DNA of 64,000 nucleotides, taken from the IMG/VR virus record IMGVR_UViG_3300035696_000002, one strand, 5' to 3'. Of the stretch, positions 1 through 9,643 are shown in pieces. How positions within the stretch are numbered: position 1 is the stretch's first letter; the number at the start of each line of letters is the position of its first letter. The stretch is from a virus (Duplodnaviria > Heunggongvirae > Uroviricota > Caudoviricetes). The notes beneath the pieces were generated by a model. That model searched no databases and was not told where the DNA came from. It worked only from the letters and a program-made list of their open reading frames with translations. A program made the translations under genes and the position numbers.

Positions 1-9
1 CGGCAGTAC

Positions 10-219
10 GTGAAACAAATCATCCACGATCTGGTCGCAACTTTTGTCGGCCTCGGCGTCAAGTTCGGCCTCATGACCGCCAAGGACGGCACGATCAACA
101 TCACTCTCCTCGGACGCCGGGTGCTCCTGCACCTGATTGATGCCCAACGGTTTATCGAGGAAATGGGCCGTGCCCATGGCCGTTTTCAGGCCGTAAAGCC
201 AAGATTATCAATGACTTAG
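10..219 (+). CDS. hypothetical protein (69 aa)
   Basis: GTG-start ORF with codon usage like its neighbours; no recognisable motif. Confidence 0.5.
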   Translation: MKQIIHDLVATFVGLGVKFGLMTAKDGTINITLLGRRVLLHLIDAQRFIEEMGRAHGRFQAVKPRLSMT

Positions 220-223
220 CGGC

Positions 224-253
224 TGGACAATCGCTGTCCCGGACGGGTATACT
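224..253 (+). promoter_or_regulatory. sigma70-like promoter, probably leaderless
   Basis: TGGACA-18 nt-TATACT; ATG at 260 lies 6 nt after the -10 box with no SD. Confidence 0.55.
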
Positions 254-259
254 ATAGGT

Positions 260-775
260 ATGACAACGACTCAGATGGCGACAGAGAATACCGAGACGCT
301 TCACAGCCTCTTATGGGTTCCTCGTGAGATCATCGGCTTCTTGAAATTCCTCGTGATTTTTACGGTGTCTGTTCTGGCGATTCCGTTTATCCTTGCGGCC
401 CTGATTGCCCACCAGATTGTGACCGGGCACTCGTTTCTGGACGCGGACGCCGTTCTGGTGTTGAAGGTTCTCTACACGTTCTGTGCCCCGGTCATCACGA
501 CTGTGGTCTACCGCTTCGCTCAGGCGAAGGCCGGGCGGCGTGCGGTGGTCAAGGCGACTTACCAGTATTCGATGCACAAGGTGTTTTTCATCACCCTCGG
601 CCTGATGGCCTTCGGTGCACTGGTCGCATTTCAACCGTACTGCGATATGAGCACGGACATGGGCCTCGTCGCACTGGTAGTTTACCTGTCGAGCCCCCTG
701 TTACTGCTGACCATGAAGAAGTCGGCGGTTCCGGTCGCGGCCCCGGTAAAAAGAACGCCCGTCGCCGTCTGGTAA
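260..775 (+). CDS. multi-pass membrane protein
   Basis: 171 aa with about 4 hydrophobic segments. Confidence 0.8.
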   Translation: MTTTQMATENTETLHSLLWVPREIIGFLKFLVIFTVSVLAIPFILAALIAHQIVTGHSFLDADAVLVLKVLYTFCAPVITTVVYRFAQAKAGRRAVVKATYQYSMHKVFFITLGLMAFGALVAFQPYCDMSTDMGLVALVVYLSSPLLLLTMKKSAVPVAAPVKRTPVAVW

Positions 776-803
776 TTCATTTTTCCTAAAAACTTGAGTA
801 TTT

Positions 804-837
804 AACCCCACAGGCCAAAATAACCTGTGGGGTTTTT
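804..837 (+). terminator. intrinsic terminator-like hairpin
   Basis: AACCCCACAGG/CCTGTGGGGTT 11-bp stem followed by a T-run. Confidence 0.6.
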
Positions 838-838
838 C

Positions 839-1354
839 ATGCGAAAAATTTATCTGGCGGCACCCTTCGAGTGGATCGACAGAATGAAGGGCTACGCACA
901 ACAACTTCGTGATCTCGGCTACATCGTCACGTCCCGCTGGCTGGACGAACAGGACAAGGGCGGCGAAACCGACCTGACCGTGGAGGATGGCTCCACGCAA
1001 CTCGACAAAGCACAGCAAGCTGTGGAGTACGCCATCCGCGACATCCGCAACATTCTCTACGCCGATACCGTCGTGGAATTCAATCCCGGCAAAGCATACG
1101 TGCGAAACACCCGCATTGCGGAATTTGGCGGAGCCCTCTTCACTGGCAAGCAGTGCATCGTGATCGGGCCAGAGAACCCGCGATCACGAGCCAAAATCGA
1201 CAGCATCTTTGCCCTGCTCACCGAACTACCGAAAGATTTATTGGACGCTGGATTCAAGCCTGTGCGTCGATATGACACTTGGGATGACTTCCTCACCGCA
1301 GCCCGGCAGGAAGCACTCGTGACGGTCGGACTTGATGAGCCTACTGCCGCATGA
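839..1354 (+). CDS. nucleoside 2-deoxyribosyltransferase-like protein
   Basis: KIYLAAPF start, DIRNILYADTVV, and EFGGALFTGKQCIVIG with the family catalytic Glu; ATG at 839. Confidence 0.7.
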   Translation: MRKIYLAAPFEWIDRMKGYAQQLRDLGYIVTSRWLDEQDKGGETDLTVEDGSTQLDKAQQAVEYAIRDIRNILYADTVVEFNPGKAYVRNTRIAEFGGALFTGKQCIVIGPENPRSRAKIDSIFALLTELPKDLLDAGFKPVRRYDTWDDFLTAARQEALVTVGLDEPTAA

Positions 1355-1643
1355 TTTAACAACTAAGACGATCTGCGTCGCCATCAGTATGGTGATGTCG
1401 GTGTGGATGTACATCGTCCTGTACCGTCGCATGATTCGTCGCAAGCACACACGAGACTTCTGCAAGGTCACTTGCTGGTTGAATTTTCTCGTCCAGATCA
1501 ACAACGGTGTGCTGGCCTATTCCGAACACGCCCCGTTTCTCGTGGGCTGGTACATCACTCAAACGGTGTTCACCGGGATCGTTCTCTATCTCGTTACAAA
1601 ATATTGGGATTGTCCCGATCCGTCGCAAAAAACAAGACTATAG
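1335..1643 (+). CDS. small membrane protein, PQ-loop/SemiSWEET-like
   Basis: 3 hydrophobic helices; TRDFCKVTCWL segment resembles the loop of PQ-loop proteins; family call tentative. Confidence 0.55.
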   Translation: MSLLPHDLTTKTICVAISMVMSVWMYIVLYRRMIRRKHTRDFCKVTCWLNFLVQINNGVLAYSEHAPFLVGWYITQTVFTGIVLYLVTKYWDCPDPSQKTRL

Positions 1644-1670
1644 AACCCCTTACTGAGGAGGACATCTAAC

Positions 1671-1850
1671 ATGTCTATTGACTACTCAGCAATTGTGAAA
1701 GACCTTCTGACTTGGGCTTCCGCAGCCAAGGTTGTAGCCGGAGCCGCCCTGCACAAGGCGTGGACTTGGCTCAAGGCCAAGCTGGCTCAGGCCGAAGCAG
1801 ATGCCAAGGCCATCGAAGCCAAGGCAGCCGCCGACATCAAGAAACTCTAA
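1671..1850 (+). CDS. 59-aa amphipathic Ala/Lys-rich protein (not in ORF track)
   Basis: Strong SD GAGGAGG; translates to MSIDYSAIVKDLLTWASAAKVVAGAALHKAWTWLKAKLAQAEADAKAIEAKAAADIKKL; terminator follows. Confidence 0.8.
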   Translation: MSIDYSAIVKDLLTWASAAKVVAGAALHKAWTWLKAKLAQAEADAKAIEAKAAADIKKL

Positions 1851-1872
1851 TCGCTTTCCAGCGACAACGATC

Positions 1873-1895
1873 AGCCGCCCCAAAAGGCGGCTTTT
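1873..1895 (+). terminator. intrinsic terminator
   Basis: AGCCGCC-CCAAAA-GGCGGCT followed by TTT. Confidence 0.7.
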
Positions 1896-1919
1896 CGTAT
1901 TGGCGTGGTATTATGTGGT

Positions 1920-2726
1920 ATGACAGAGCAAAAGAAACTCCTGCGGCCCGGCGTGCAGGACTTGAGTCTGGCAACCACGCCGCTCATGCTGGAAAAAACC
2001 AAGAAGCGTAACAACGTTCTGGTTGGCAACGACCCCACCCAAATCCGCTTCGTCGAACACCTTCTCTCCGCCACATTTCAGACCGAAGTCAAATGCCAAG
2101 ATGTGGACTTGGTGAACGATGATCTCTTGATCGGACACGAGGAGCCGTTACTCTATCGCATCGACCGCCTGAGCATGCTTGAAGTTGCCCCGACGACACG
2201 GGCCAAGATTGGTGTCTGGTCGCTGGACTTGTTGGAAGGCAGCGGCGAAGGCCTGAACGCTATCGTGCGTTACGCGGCAAAACTTCTCGGACTGGAGAAG
2301 CCGCCGAAGGAAAGGGTCGATCAGATTTCCCGAACGCTTGCGAAGGAAGACATCGACGACATCAACGCGACGCTCTGGCGTGCCGCGTGGCTCCTTCACG
2401 AGGAGTTGCCCTCATGGCGAGACTGGCCGAAGCCGTGGAAGAACTACCTTAGCTGGCTGCCCTATGGCGTTGATCCGAAACTCCGGCTCAACACTTTGTA
2501 CTGGGAACTGCGGTTTTACGTGTTTTCCGTTGACGGCGATGAGGACAGTGCCCGGAAGCAGGGTAAGCCGTTCAACCCCACGCAATTCAAGGACTTGAAG
2601 GCCCTCAAGCTGCCGTTACGGGCCGTCAGAAGCACCCTAGCTGAACTGTCGATCTGGCGGGAACGTAAGTATGACCCGTATGTTTGTGCTTTGCGGATTG
2701 CCCAAATCTGGGAAAATCCAGTATAA
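1920..2726 (+). CDS. hypothetical protein (remote resemblance to clamp-loader delta subunits)
   Basis: 268-aa ORF; LVGNDPTQIRFVEHLL loosely recalls the HolA N-terminus; function uncertain. Confidence 0.7.
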   Translation: MTEQKKLLRPGVQDLSLATTPLMLEKTKKRNNVLVGNDPTQIRFVEHLLSATFQTEVKCQDVDLVNDDLLIGHEEPLLYRIDRLSMLEVAPTTRAKIGVWSLDLLEGSGEGLNAIVRYAAKLLGLEKPPKERVDQISRTLAKEDIDDINATLWRAAWLLHEELPSWRDWPKPWKNYLSWLPYGVDPKLRLNTLYWELRFYVFSVDGDEDSARKQGKPFNPTQFKDLKALKLPLRAVRSTLAELSIWRERKYDPYVCALRIAQIWENPV

Positions 2727-2727
2727 T
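2698..2727 (+). promoter_or_regulatory. sigma70-like promoter
   Basis: TTGCCC-18 nt-TATAAT upstream of the 2761 gene. Confidence 0.6.
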
Positions 2728-2760
2728 GTCTTCATGGGAATCTTCCCGATTAGGAGAAAT

Positions 2761-3408
2761 ATGAAGTTTTTTGCTTCGTTGTTTTTGGCTCTGACTGTGT
2801 TGGTCGGAGTTTCTGCTGCACAGAGTGGTGCGTTCGCTCCCTACGTTGACGCCAGCATCGGTGGATCGTCCACGTTCACGGGTAACTCAAGCGTCACCGC
2901 ACACAACCCCAACTACATCGTCGGTGCAGGTATCGAATCCAGCACCAAGCACCTGTTGCTCGATGTCAACGCCAATTTCCAGACGGCGGATTACCGTGCG
3001 TTCGGTGCACCGGGAGCTAACAGCTTCGCTGGCACTGTCACGGCCACGGGCTTCGTGAAGGTCGGTTCGCTTCTGCTTGGCGGCGGCACCTACTACAAGG
3101 ATCAAGTGTCCAATGGCAACCTTAAGGGCCTGATCCCCGGCGATGCTCAGACGTTTGTCCCTCTGGTCGGCGGCGGCTTCCAGTTCTCGCGTGATCGCAT
3201 CACTGCGGTCTACGAACTGCCGGGTCGTTCGGCTACCAATCAACGCACCGTGGACTTCCACAATGAAATCTTCTTGACCAAGAAGGCCCACCTGCGTTTA
3301 ACCCAAGACTTGTCGATCAACACGGCTGACAACCTCAGCTTGCCCGGTGTCGGCACCGTCCGCGTCAGCGGCGGTCAGGCCGCTGCTGGTCTAAAGTTCG
3401 TATTCTAA
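2761..3408 (+). CDS. secreted outer-membrane beta-barrel protein
   Basis: SD AGGAGA; signal peptide MKFFASLFLALTVLVGVSAA; alternating beta strands; C-terminal GLKFVF ending in Phe. Confidence 0.75.
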   Translation: MKFFASLFLALTVLVGVSAAQSGAFAPYVDASIGGSSTFTGNSSVTAHNPNYIVGAGIESSTKHLLLDVNANFQTADYRAFGAPGANSFAGTVTATGFVKVGSLLLGGGTYYKDQVSNGNLKGLIPGDAQTFVPLVGGGFQFSRDRITAVYELPGRSATNQRTVDFHNEIFLTKKAHLRLTQDLSINTADNLSLPGVGTVRVSGGQAAAGLKFVF

Positions 3409-3437
3409 GAGAACTCGTTCGACGACGTTTTGAAGCT

Positions 3438-3467
3438 AAGCCGCCCAATCGGGCGGCTTTTCTTTTT
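3438..3467 (+). terminator. intrinsic terminator
   Basis: AAGCCGCCC-AATC-GGGCGGCTT followed by TTCTTTTT. Confidence 0.85.
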
Positions 3468-3529
3468 GCTCGCACTGCAATTTTCCCAACAAATCTAGTA
3501 TTAAGGGACATAGAGGGAAACAATCACCT

Positions 3530-3868
3530 ATGTCCACAGGCAAATCCAAAGCGGGACGTGACGAGTTGACCACGAGAGTCCAACAGGCCCTCAAGGAACA
3601 TCTCAAGTCGCAAACCTTACCAACAAAGAAAGAGGCCGAGAGCATCGTGAACTTGGTGATCTCTGCCCTTGAAGCAACCCTCCTGAACAATCTTGACAAG
3701 AATGGGTTCACCCTGAAATTAAATAGTTTCGGGAAATTCACTATTCGCCATAAATCCGGTATTTATCGGAAGATTCCTTTTACGGGCCAGACCACTTGGA
3801 CGAAGGATAAGCGGAAGGTCAAGTTCATCACTCTCGGTGATCTCCGAGATCAGGAAATAAAGAAGTAA
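3530..3868 (+). CDS. HU/IHF-family DNA-binding protein
   Basis: TKKEAESIVNLVISALEATL helix, LNSFGKFTIR, and arm RKIPFTGQ...KRKVKF. Confidence 0.9.
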   Translation: MSTGKSKAGRDELTTRVQQALKEHLKSQTLPTKKEAESIVNLVISALEATLLNNLDKNGFTLKLNSFGKFTIRHKSGIYRKIPFTGQTTWTKDKRKVKFITLGDLRDQEIKK

Positions 3869-3879
3869 ACGAGGAAACC

Positions 3880-4809
3880 ATGGCAATTAACTCTTTTGAC
3901 GACGAATTGGATGATGTAAAACCGCAGCAAACGGCGAAGCCAACTGCACAGGCCGCTGCTGCCGCTGCACCAGCCCAAGCCGCTACTCCGGCAGCATCGA
4001 CTGCCAAGCAACCGCCCACACCGCCCGCCCCGCCGAAGCAAGTCGCTTCTGATGATTTTGATGAGGACGAGCCAAAGAAAACCGCGTCGGCGGAAGATGA
4101 CGATGCCGATTCGGATTGCGATACCGATTTCGACGACGAGAAACTGTACTCCCGTCCGAACGCACTGCCGCGTTGCCGTCCTGAAAAGGACAAGGCCGCA
4201 CGCTTCGCCTTTGTCGGCGGCGTGAAGATGAAGACCGCGAAGTCACACTTCGTGGAAATCGGGCAGGGCAAGGAAACCAAGAAGGGCACCTATCGTTGCC
4301 TCAGCAAAGTTGGCAGCGACGAACAGGGTTGGTGCTGCGATAAGTTGAAGGAAGACGGTGCGGTGCACGTTGCCGCTCTGGTCGTCCGCTACACGAACGC
4401 GAACCCGGTCACTGGCAAGTACGACCCGATCATCGACGCGGCTGGCAACAAGACGGCCCCGCCCATCGCATGGGAACTCCAGTTCGTTGACCTCTCGCAG
4501 TTCAACATGAAACAGATCAAAAAGCTTCCTGATGAAGATGCCACGCCTTACGACATCGACATCATCATGACGCGGAGCGACCGTGCCTTCGGGTATGAGT
4601 TCAACCGTGCCGCTGCACAGGCCCGCTGGAAGAAAAATCCAGAGCTTGTGAAGGAAGTCAATGAGGCCGTTGAGAAGCTGATGAAAGACAACGGCAAACG
4701 CCTCGAAGCCAAGCTGGGCAAGAAACTTGACCTGCTGGGTTGGAAGGCACTGCTCTCCGGTGCGAAGGTGCACGAAGAGCCGAAGATCGACAACATCGAC
4801 GACATTTAA
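3880..4809 (+). CDS. ssDNA-binding protein, gp32-like
   Basis: H/C/CC putative Zn ligands (SHF...RCL...WCCD), YDIDIIMTR strand, acidic C-terminus DNIDDI; sits among replication genes. Confidence 0.65.
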   Translation: MAINSFDDELDDVKPQQTAKPTAQAAAAAAPAQAATPAASTAKQPPTPPAPPKQVASDDFDEDEPKKTASAEDDDADSDCDTDFDDEKLYSRPNALPRCRPEKDKAARFAFVGGVKMKTAKSHFVEIGQGKETKKGTYRCLSKVGSDEQGWCCDKLKEDGAVHVAALVVRYTNANPVTGKYDPIIDAAGNKTAPPIAWELQFVDLSQFNMKQIKKLPDEDATPYDIDIIMTRSDRAFGYEFNRAAAQARWKKNPELVKEVNEAVEKLMKDNGKRLEAKLGKKLDLLGWKALLSGAKVHEEPKIDNIDDI

Positions 4810-4845
4810 CGGAGACGGGGCTCCGATTGGAGCCCCAAAACTTTT

Positions 4846-5061
4846 ATGGCAATCAGCAACAAGTTGTGGCAAGTCGTTTGCAAGACACCGGACGGTAGCG
4901 TTTCGCTACCTATCGGCAAGCTGTGGATTCTCGCCGGGGACGATGAGATCGCAAGCCGTAAGGCGAAGCGTTGGCTCAAGAACTACAACCGGGAGAACCC
5001 GTTCGAGCGTCGCTACGTGGTGAAAGAAGTTATCAGCCACGGCACCATCGACATGATGTAA
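4846..5061 (+). CDS. hypothetical protein
   Basis: 71-aa ORF in tight operon spacing. Confidence 0.65.
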   Translation: MAISNKLWQVVCKTPDGSVSLPIGKLWILAGDDEIASRKAKRWLKNYNRENPFERRYVVKEVISHGTIDMM

Positions 5062-5070
5062 AATAGGGTC

Positions 5071-5619
5071 ATGGATAACACGACTCAAACCGACGACCCC
5101 ATGGATTGGGACGCCCCGATCTGTCCCACGTGCAATCAACCGGAAGACCTAGCACCGGGGATTGATTACTACTGCCCTCGCTGCCCCGTGGATTGGAGCA
5201 AGATACCCAAGCTGCGACCGGAGCACGAAACCCAAGAATCCGTGCACACGTGGTGCAAGGATACGTTCCCGCGACATGTGGGAACAAAGGGCCGGGCCGT
5301 GGCGTTGGTTGAGGAAGTTATCGAGCTTGCCATCGCGGCGGGCCTTTCCCTGAAAGAGATTGACGCTGCTGTCGCCACTCCCATCAAGAAAGTCGCGGAG
5401 ATGACACAGGCGGACGTAATGGAATCTGACGCCGGAGAAGTTGCAGACGTTCTGCTCTGCCTTTACGCTTACGCGGAAGAGGCGGGCTACGACGCTCATA
5501 AAGAACTCGACGCCAAGATGAGAATCAATCGTTCTCGCACTAAGGAATATTATGCCGCGAAGACCGCCCACAAGGAAAACCTCGGATTCCTTCTCCCGGA
5601 TGCTCCGCCACGGGAGTAG
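5071..5619 (+). CDS. MazG-like nucleotide pyrophosphohydrolase with N-terminal Zn ribbon
   Basis: CPTC...CPRC, then W...TFP, LVEEVIEL, EVADV acidic motifs. Confidence 0.75.
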   Translation: MDNTTQTDDPMDWDAPICPTCNQPEDLAPGIDYYCPRCPVDWSKIPKLRPEHETQESVHTWCKDTFPRHVGTKGRAVALVEEVIELAIAAGLSLKEIDAAVATPIKKVAEMTQADVMESDAGEVADVLLCLYAYAEEAGYDAHKELDAKMRINRSRTKEYYAAKTAHKENLGFLLPDAPPRE

Positions 5620-5621
5620 CC

Positions 5622-6362
5622 TTGCTGATTCTCGGTCTTGATTTTGAAACCACCGGACATGACCATGTCACGGAAGTCGGGCTCGCTCACTGGGACACCG
5701 ACCTACACGTACCAACCAAAGTTATGGGCTTCGTCGTCAACCCCGGCGACGATGCCACTTGGGATGCCAAGGTCGAAGAGGACGCCAAGAAGGCTGGTCT
5801 GACTCGCGAATTTATCGCGAAATACGGGTATGAGAGTCAGTCAGCTTGCAGGCAAACGCTGAAGTGGGTCAACGAGGCGGATGCTGTGATGGCCCACAAC
5901 GGAATCCAATTCGATAAACGGGTTCTGAAACAGTGGTGCGAGAAGTACGGCCTGCCGTTTCCCGAGAAGCTTTGGATCGACACGATGGTCGATCTGCCCC
6001 TGCCCGCAGGCTTCACCCGCAAGCTGATGTACATGCCTGTCGATCACCATCTACCGCCAAACCCATACCCGCATCGGGCCGTTTTCGATGTGATGTCGAT
6101 GCTGCAAATCTTTAATTGCTACCCACTTGAGACGATTTTGAAATCAGCGGCCAGCCCCATGGTTTCAATCAAATGCCTTGTGGAATACCGGGACAGGGAG
6201 TGGGCCAAGTCTCACGGTTACTGGCCGAAGTACGACAAACCGGAGGGCGGGAAGTTTCAGCACTGGCAGATGGATTTGAAGGAATACCTCGTCCCGGAGA
6301 AGCGGGCCGAGGCCGAGGCCGCTGGATTTGGAATAGCAGTCATCGGATATTTGAATCAGTAG
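5622..6362 (+). CDS. DnaQ-like DEDDh 3'-5' exonuclease
   Basis: ExoI GLDFETTG, ExoII AHNGIQFD, ExoIII HRAVFD. Confidence 0.9.
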   Translation: MLILGLDFETTGHDHVTEVGLAHWDTDLHVPTKVMGFVVNPGDDATWDAKVEEDAKKAGLTREFIAKYGYESQSACRQTLKWVNEADAVMAHNGIQFDKRVLKQWCEKYGLPFPEKLWIDTMVDLPLPAGFTRKLMYMPVDHHLPPNPYPHRAVFDVMSMLQIFNCYPLETILKSAASPMVSIKCLVEYRDREWAKSHGYWPKYDKPEGGKFQHWQMDLKEYLVPEKRAEAEAAGFGIAVIGYLNQ

Positions 6363-6434
6363 TGGCAAAAATTGACAAAGAAATTTGCCAACTATGTGGT
6401 ATTGTATCAGTACGATTATTTTGCGGGGTATCCA

Positions 6435-7913
6435 ATGAAGTTGATTAAAGGGTTCTTCAGTGCAGTCGTTCTACTGGTCGCCACTCTCTCGTCCGGCCAG
6501 CAAACAGATCGTCCCGACCTTCCGTTTTTCTTTCCAAAAGGCCTCCAACAAACAACCGATCCTCTTCGTCAACGTGAAGAGTACTTGCACATCTTTCAGG
6601 CCACGTGGGCCTGCAATCAGGGCGGCGGCTTGGGGACGACCATCCCCGGCAGCGACAGCATCTCGGTAGTCACCGATGTTGTGAGCACGTCCAGCGTCAC
6701 CGAGAATCCCGCGAAGATGAAGATCGTCATTGACCACGCATACAAGATGCCAGACGGTCGCATTCGCTACACGTCACTGTGCGATCAGTATTTCATCACG
6801 GACGCCCAGTTGAAGGTTGTTGAAGACAGTCTCAAGGCCCTCACAATCGACGCCGCAAAACGCGACAACGATTTCTATTCGGTCATCGCCGACAAGGCCA
6901 TTTCCGCCCGTGCGGCGAAGCTGGGCCTCAAGCGTGAAGAACTGGTAGCCCAACTCGACGAGAAGGTGCCCGGTTACAACGTCACCTTCCGCGAACTGCA
7001 CCGCCTACCGAAACCGTCCAAGCCATCCGACTTCATTCCACGTGAGTTGCACCTTGGTTACAACCCACCCCTCGGCGGCATCCTCGGCGTTACGTGGCTC
7101 AACACTGGCGTGATCTACTACAACCCGAATGCGTGGATGACCGATTACGTGAACACCATCCCCAAGGTCATGCAGCACGAGATGGTGCACGGCAACATCA
7201 ATTTCGAAAAATTCCCCATGTCAGAAGCGTTCGACGTGGAGTTGATGGCATCCCTGCCTGAAATGTTATACCCGGAGAACGAAACCGATTACCCGAGCCA
7301 CGGCTACGCTGCGGACATCCGCGAACTGGCCGAGATTTACTACGGCTTCGATTGGGATCAGTTCCATCAGGACACGGTGAAATTTGATTTCGCTGGCAAC
7401 ATCGTCTACGACGACAAGAACTATCTGTACTACTACACGTTGCTGGATGTAATCAAAAAGGAAATGATGACGTTCTACATGAACGAGACCATTCCTGAAT
7501 TCTATTCTGACCCGGTCTGGTGGTCGGCAGTCAACGACATTCGCGGCGACAATAACAGTGTCTTTCGCATGACGATGGCTTTGCACTACAACCCGACTAT
7601 CCTCGGCAGTGCGGCCAAGACGATGGATTGGCTCAACTCACACTCTGAGGAGATCAAGGAAATCGGCGATGAGGCATTCAAGAAGGGCCTCGGCGGCGGG
7701 GGCGGTATGATGATGGGCGATCTAACCCACGTGCCTCCATATCTGGTTGAGCAGTACAATCGCACGTTTACGGCTCAAGAGCGACAGAACATCGAAGCGT
7801 ACTTCGCTCAGCACCCTGAGAAGTTGAATGAACTCCAGAAGATGCCTCCGGCTGAGGCCTTGCAGTTCATCGGCACGTTCAAGTCCAATTTGAAGGGGAT
7901 GGTTAAGCCATGA
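6435..7913 (+). CDS. secreted zincin-like metalloprotease
   Basis: Signal peptide from ATG 6435; HEMVH (HExxH) with a downstream Glu (DVELMA). Confidence 0.7.
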   Translation: MKLIKGFFSAVVLLVATLSSGQQTDRPDLPFFFPKGLQQTTDPLRQREEYLHIFQATWACNQGGGLGTTIPGSDSISVVTDVVSTSSVTENPAKMKIVIDHAYKMPDGRIRYTSLCDQYFITDAQLKVVEDSLKALTIDAAKRDNDFYSVIADKAISARAAKLGLKREELVAQLDEKVPGYNVTFRELHRLPKPSKPSDFIPRELHLGYNPPLGGILGVTWLNTGVIYYNPNAWMTDYVNTIPKVMQHEMVHGNINFEKFPMSEAFDVELMASLPEMLYPENETDYPSHGYAADIRELAEIYYGFDWDQFHQDTVKFDFAGNIVYDDKNYLYYYTLLDVIKKEMMTFYMNETIPEFYSDPVWWSAVNDIRGDNNSVFRMTMALHYNPTILGSAAKTMDWLNSHSEEIKEIGDEAFKKGLGGGGGMMMGDLTHVPPYLVEQYNRTFTAQERQNIEAYFAQHPEKLNELQKMPPAEALQFIGTFKSNLKGMVKP

Positions 7914-9574
7914 AGTTCCGTATCGTTTTAGCAACGTTCGCAGTTCTCGCTACGATGTTCTTGGCTGGCTGCGTGCCGCCATATCGCCAAACGTTTGAGG
8001 ACGCTGGCAAAGAGAAGCACTGGACGAAAAAGCAGACTCTCGCTGCGTTCGCTTACTACGACCGCATCGGCTGGGCACGTGAAGTGAAGGAAGGCTCCGG
8101 CCAGTACGTCGTGATCTATGGCAAGGTGCCGACCACCAAGGTTGATTCTCAGATTGACACCGTGCTGCAAGACCTGAACGGCTCGCTCGATCCGAACAAC
8201 AAGGAAATGCGTCAGTATCTCGACACCTTCGGGCTCCGCAAAGACTTGGAGCACGAGGAAGAGGTCACTGAGGCCCAGAAGTCCCGCATCCACGCCGCCG
8301 TGCTGGAGAACCAGTTCGAGCAGGTGATGGGGGATAAGCCATCCTACGGTCATGAAGCTGAAATGTCTGGCGGGTACAACATCCGCAAGATTTTCACCAA
8401 CAAAGACCTGTCCGAAGTTTTCCCGTTCAAGTCGGATGAAGTCGAGGGGGCAAAGAAAGACGGCTCCCTGAAACCGATTGAGACCTTGGAACTGGAACTG
8501 TCGAGCACCTACGATCACAAGGCCCCCAACCCGGCCATCCCTGATGACGAGAACGCCTTCCTCTGGAAGTCGAAGAAGATGTCGATCCGGCTGACGAACT
8601 ACAAGATCGTCACCGAAGAGACCCCGCAGGACAACAAGGGCAATTACATCGAGGGCTATCGCGTTGTTGATGGGAAGCAGGAGTCCAAGCCTGCCTTGAA
8701 GATTTTCTTCCCCAACACCGGATACGGTGCCGTGGTTCTGATCGACATCGACCGTGAAGGTGACGCCGGGTTCGGTATGCCCGACATCCTTGAAATGGTC
8801 GGCGGTCTTGAGAATGCTCAGGACGTGATCCGCGACGGTCGCCTGCTGGCCACTCTCTTCCAAGAGAAGAAGTCTGAAAAGCGTGTTCTGCCGCCGCACA
8901 ACCTGTTCAAGATCGAAATCTCCAAGACGGATCAACCCATCGACCCGTGGGAGAAGTCGCCCGACGCTGATGGCTGGATCGTTCCCTACAAGTACGTTGC
9001 CATGACCGGGGAAAACTTCAACGTCCGTATCAAATTCAAGAAGGTGCCGATGCCCGCAGACGGCTCCTCGTACCCGGACGGCGATCACGAGCACAGCATG
9101 TATCGTCAGATCGAGTATATCGCCAAGGAATACACCAAGGTCGGCAAGCGTTATGACCCCTCAGCGGGTCAGGTAATCGAATACTATCGCCCGAAGGGTG
9201 AGTTCGCCAAGAAGGTTCAGGCGAAAGTTGACGACTACCAGAACACTCGCAAGCTGACGTTTGAATTCCAAGACGGCACTGAAATCAGCGGTATCGTTAC
9301 GCCCGGCGAGAACAAATTCATCGAAGACAAGCCCTACGCCAAGTCCTTCACCGAAGGCTCACAGCGTTGGTGGATTGAATCCTCGTCGAACAACGGCAAG
9401 TACGACAAGCGGAAGAAAGTCAGTCCTCCCAAAGAACGCACGGGTGAGTATGATTCGTGGGTGTCGGAAGACGAGGAGCCTGAGGGCCGCAGCAAATCGT
9501 CACAGGAGTATGACAAGCCAGTCGTAAAGATTGAACGGGAAACACAGCAAGCCCCTCCCGGCAGCAAACAGTAA
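7910..9574 (+). CDS. large lipoprotein (554 aa)
   Basis: MKFRIVLATFAVLATMFLAGC with lipobox LAGC; ATGA overlap with the zincin gene. Confidence 0.8.
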   Translation: MKFRIVLATFAVLATMFLAGCVPPYRQTFEDAGKEKHWTKKQTLAAFAYYDRIGWAREVKEGSGQYVVIYGKVPTTKVDSQIDTVLQDLNGSLDPNNKEMRQYLDTFGLRKDLEHEEEVTEAQKSRIHAAVLENQFEQVMGDKPSYGHEAEMSGGYNIRKIFTNKDLSEVFPFKSDEVEGAKKDGSLKPIETLELELSSTYDHKAPNPAIPDDENAFLWKSKKMSIRLTNYKIVTEETPQDNKGNYIEGYRVVDGKQESKPALKIFFPNTGYGAVVLIDIDREGDAGFGMPDILEMVGGLENAQDVIRDGRLLATLFQEKKSEKRVLPPHNLFKIEISKTDQPIDPWEKSPDADGWIVPYKYVAMTGENFNVRIKFKKVPMPADGSSYPDGDHEHSMYRQIEYIAKEYTKVGKRYDPSAGQVIEYYRPKGEFAKKVQAKVDDYQNTRKLTFEFQDGTEISGIVTPGENKFIEDKPYAKSFTEGSQRWWIESSSNNGKYDKRKKVSPPKERTGEYDSWVSEDEEPEGRSKSSQEYDKPVVKIERETQQAPPGSKQ

Positions 9575-9596
9575 ACAGAACCAAAAACAACGCTCA

Positions 9597-9628
9597 CCCC
9601 CGGTCTAACCAGCCGGGGGTACTTTTTT
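9597..9628 (+). terminator. intrinsic terminator
   Basis: CCCCGG...CCGGGG stem followed by TACTTTTTT. Confidence 0.6.
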
Positions 9629-9643
9629 GCAGTATTAAGTAGC

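Noticed and set aside
7928-9094. Long antisense ORF (388 aa), and similar ones such as 11193-11972 and 24201-24908
   Set aside because: Shadows of well-supported + strand genes, expected from GC-rich codon bias; no motifs.
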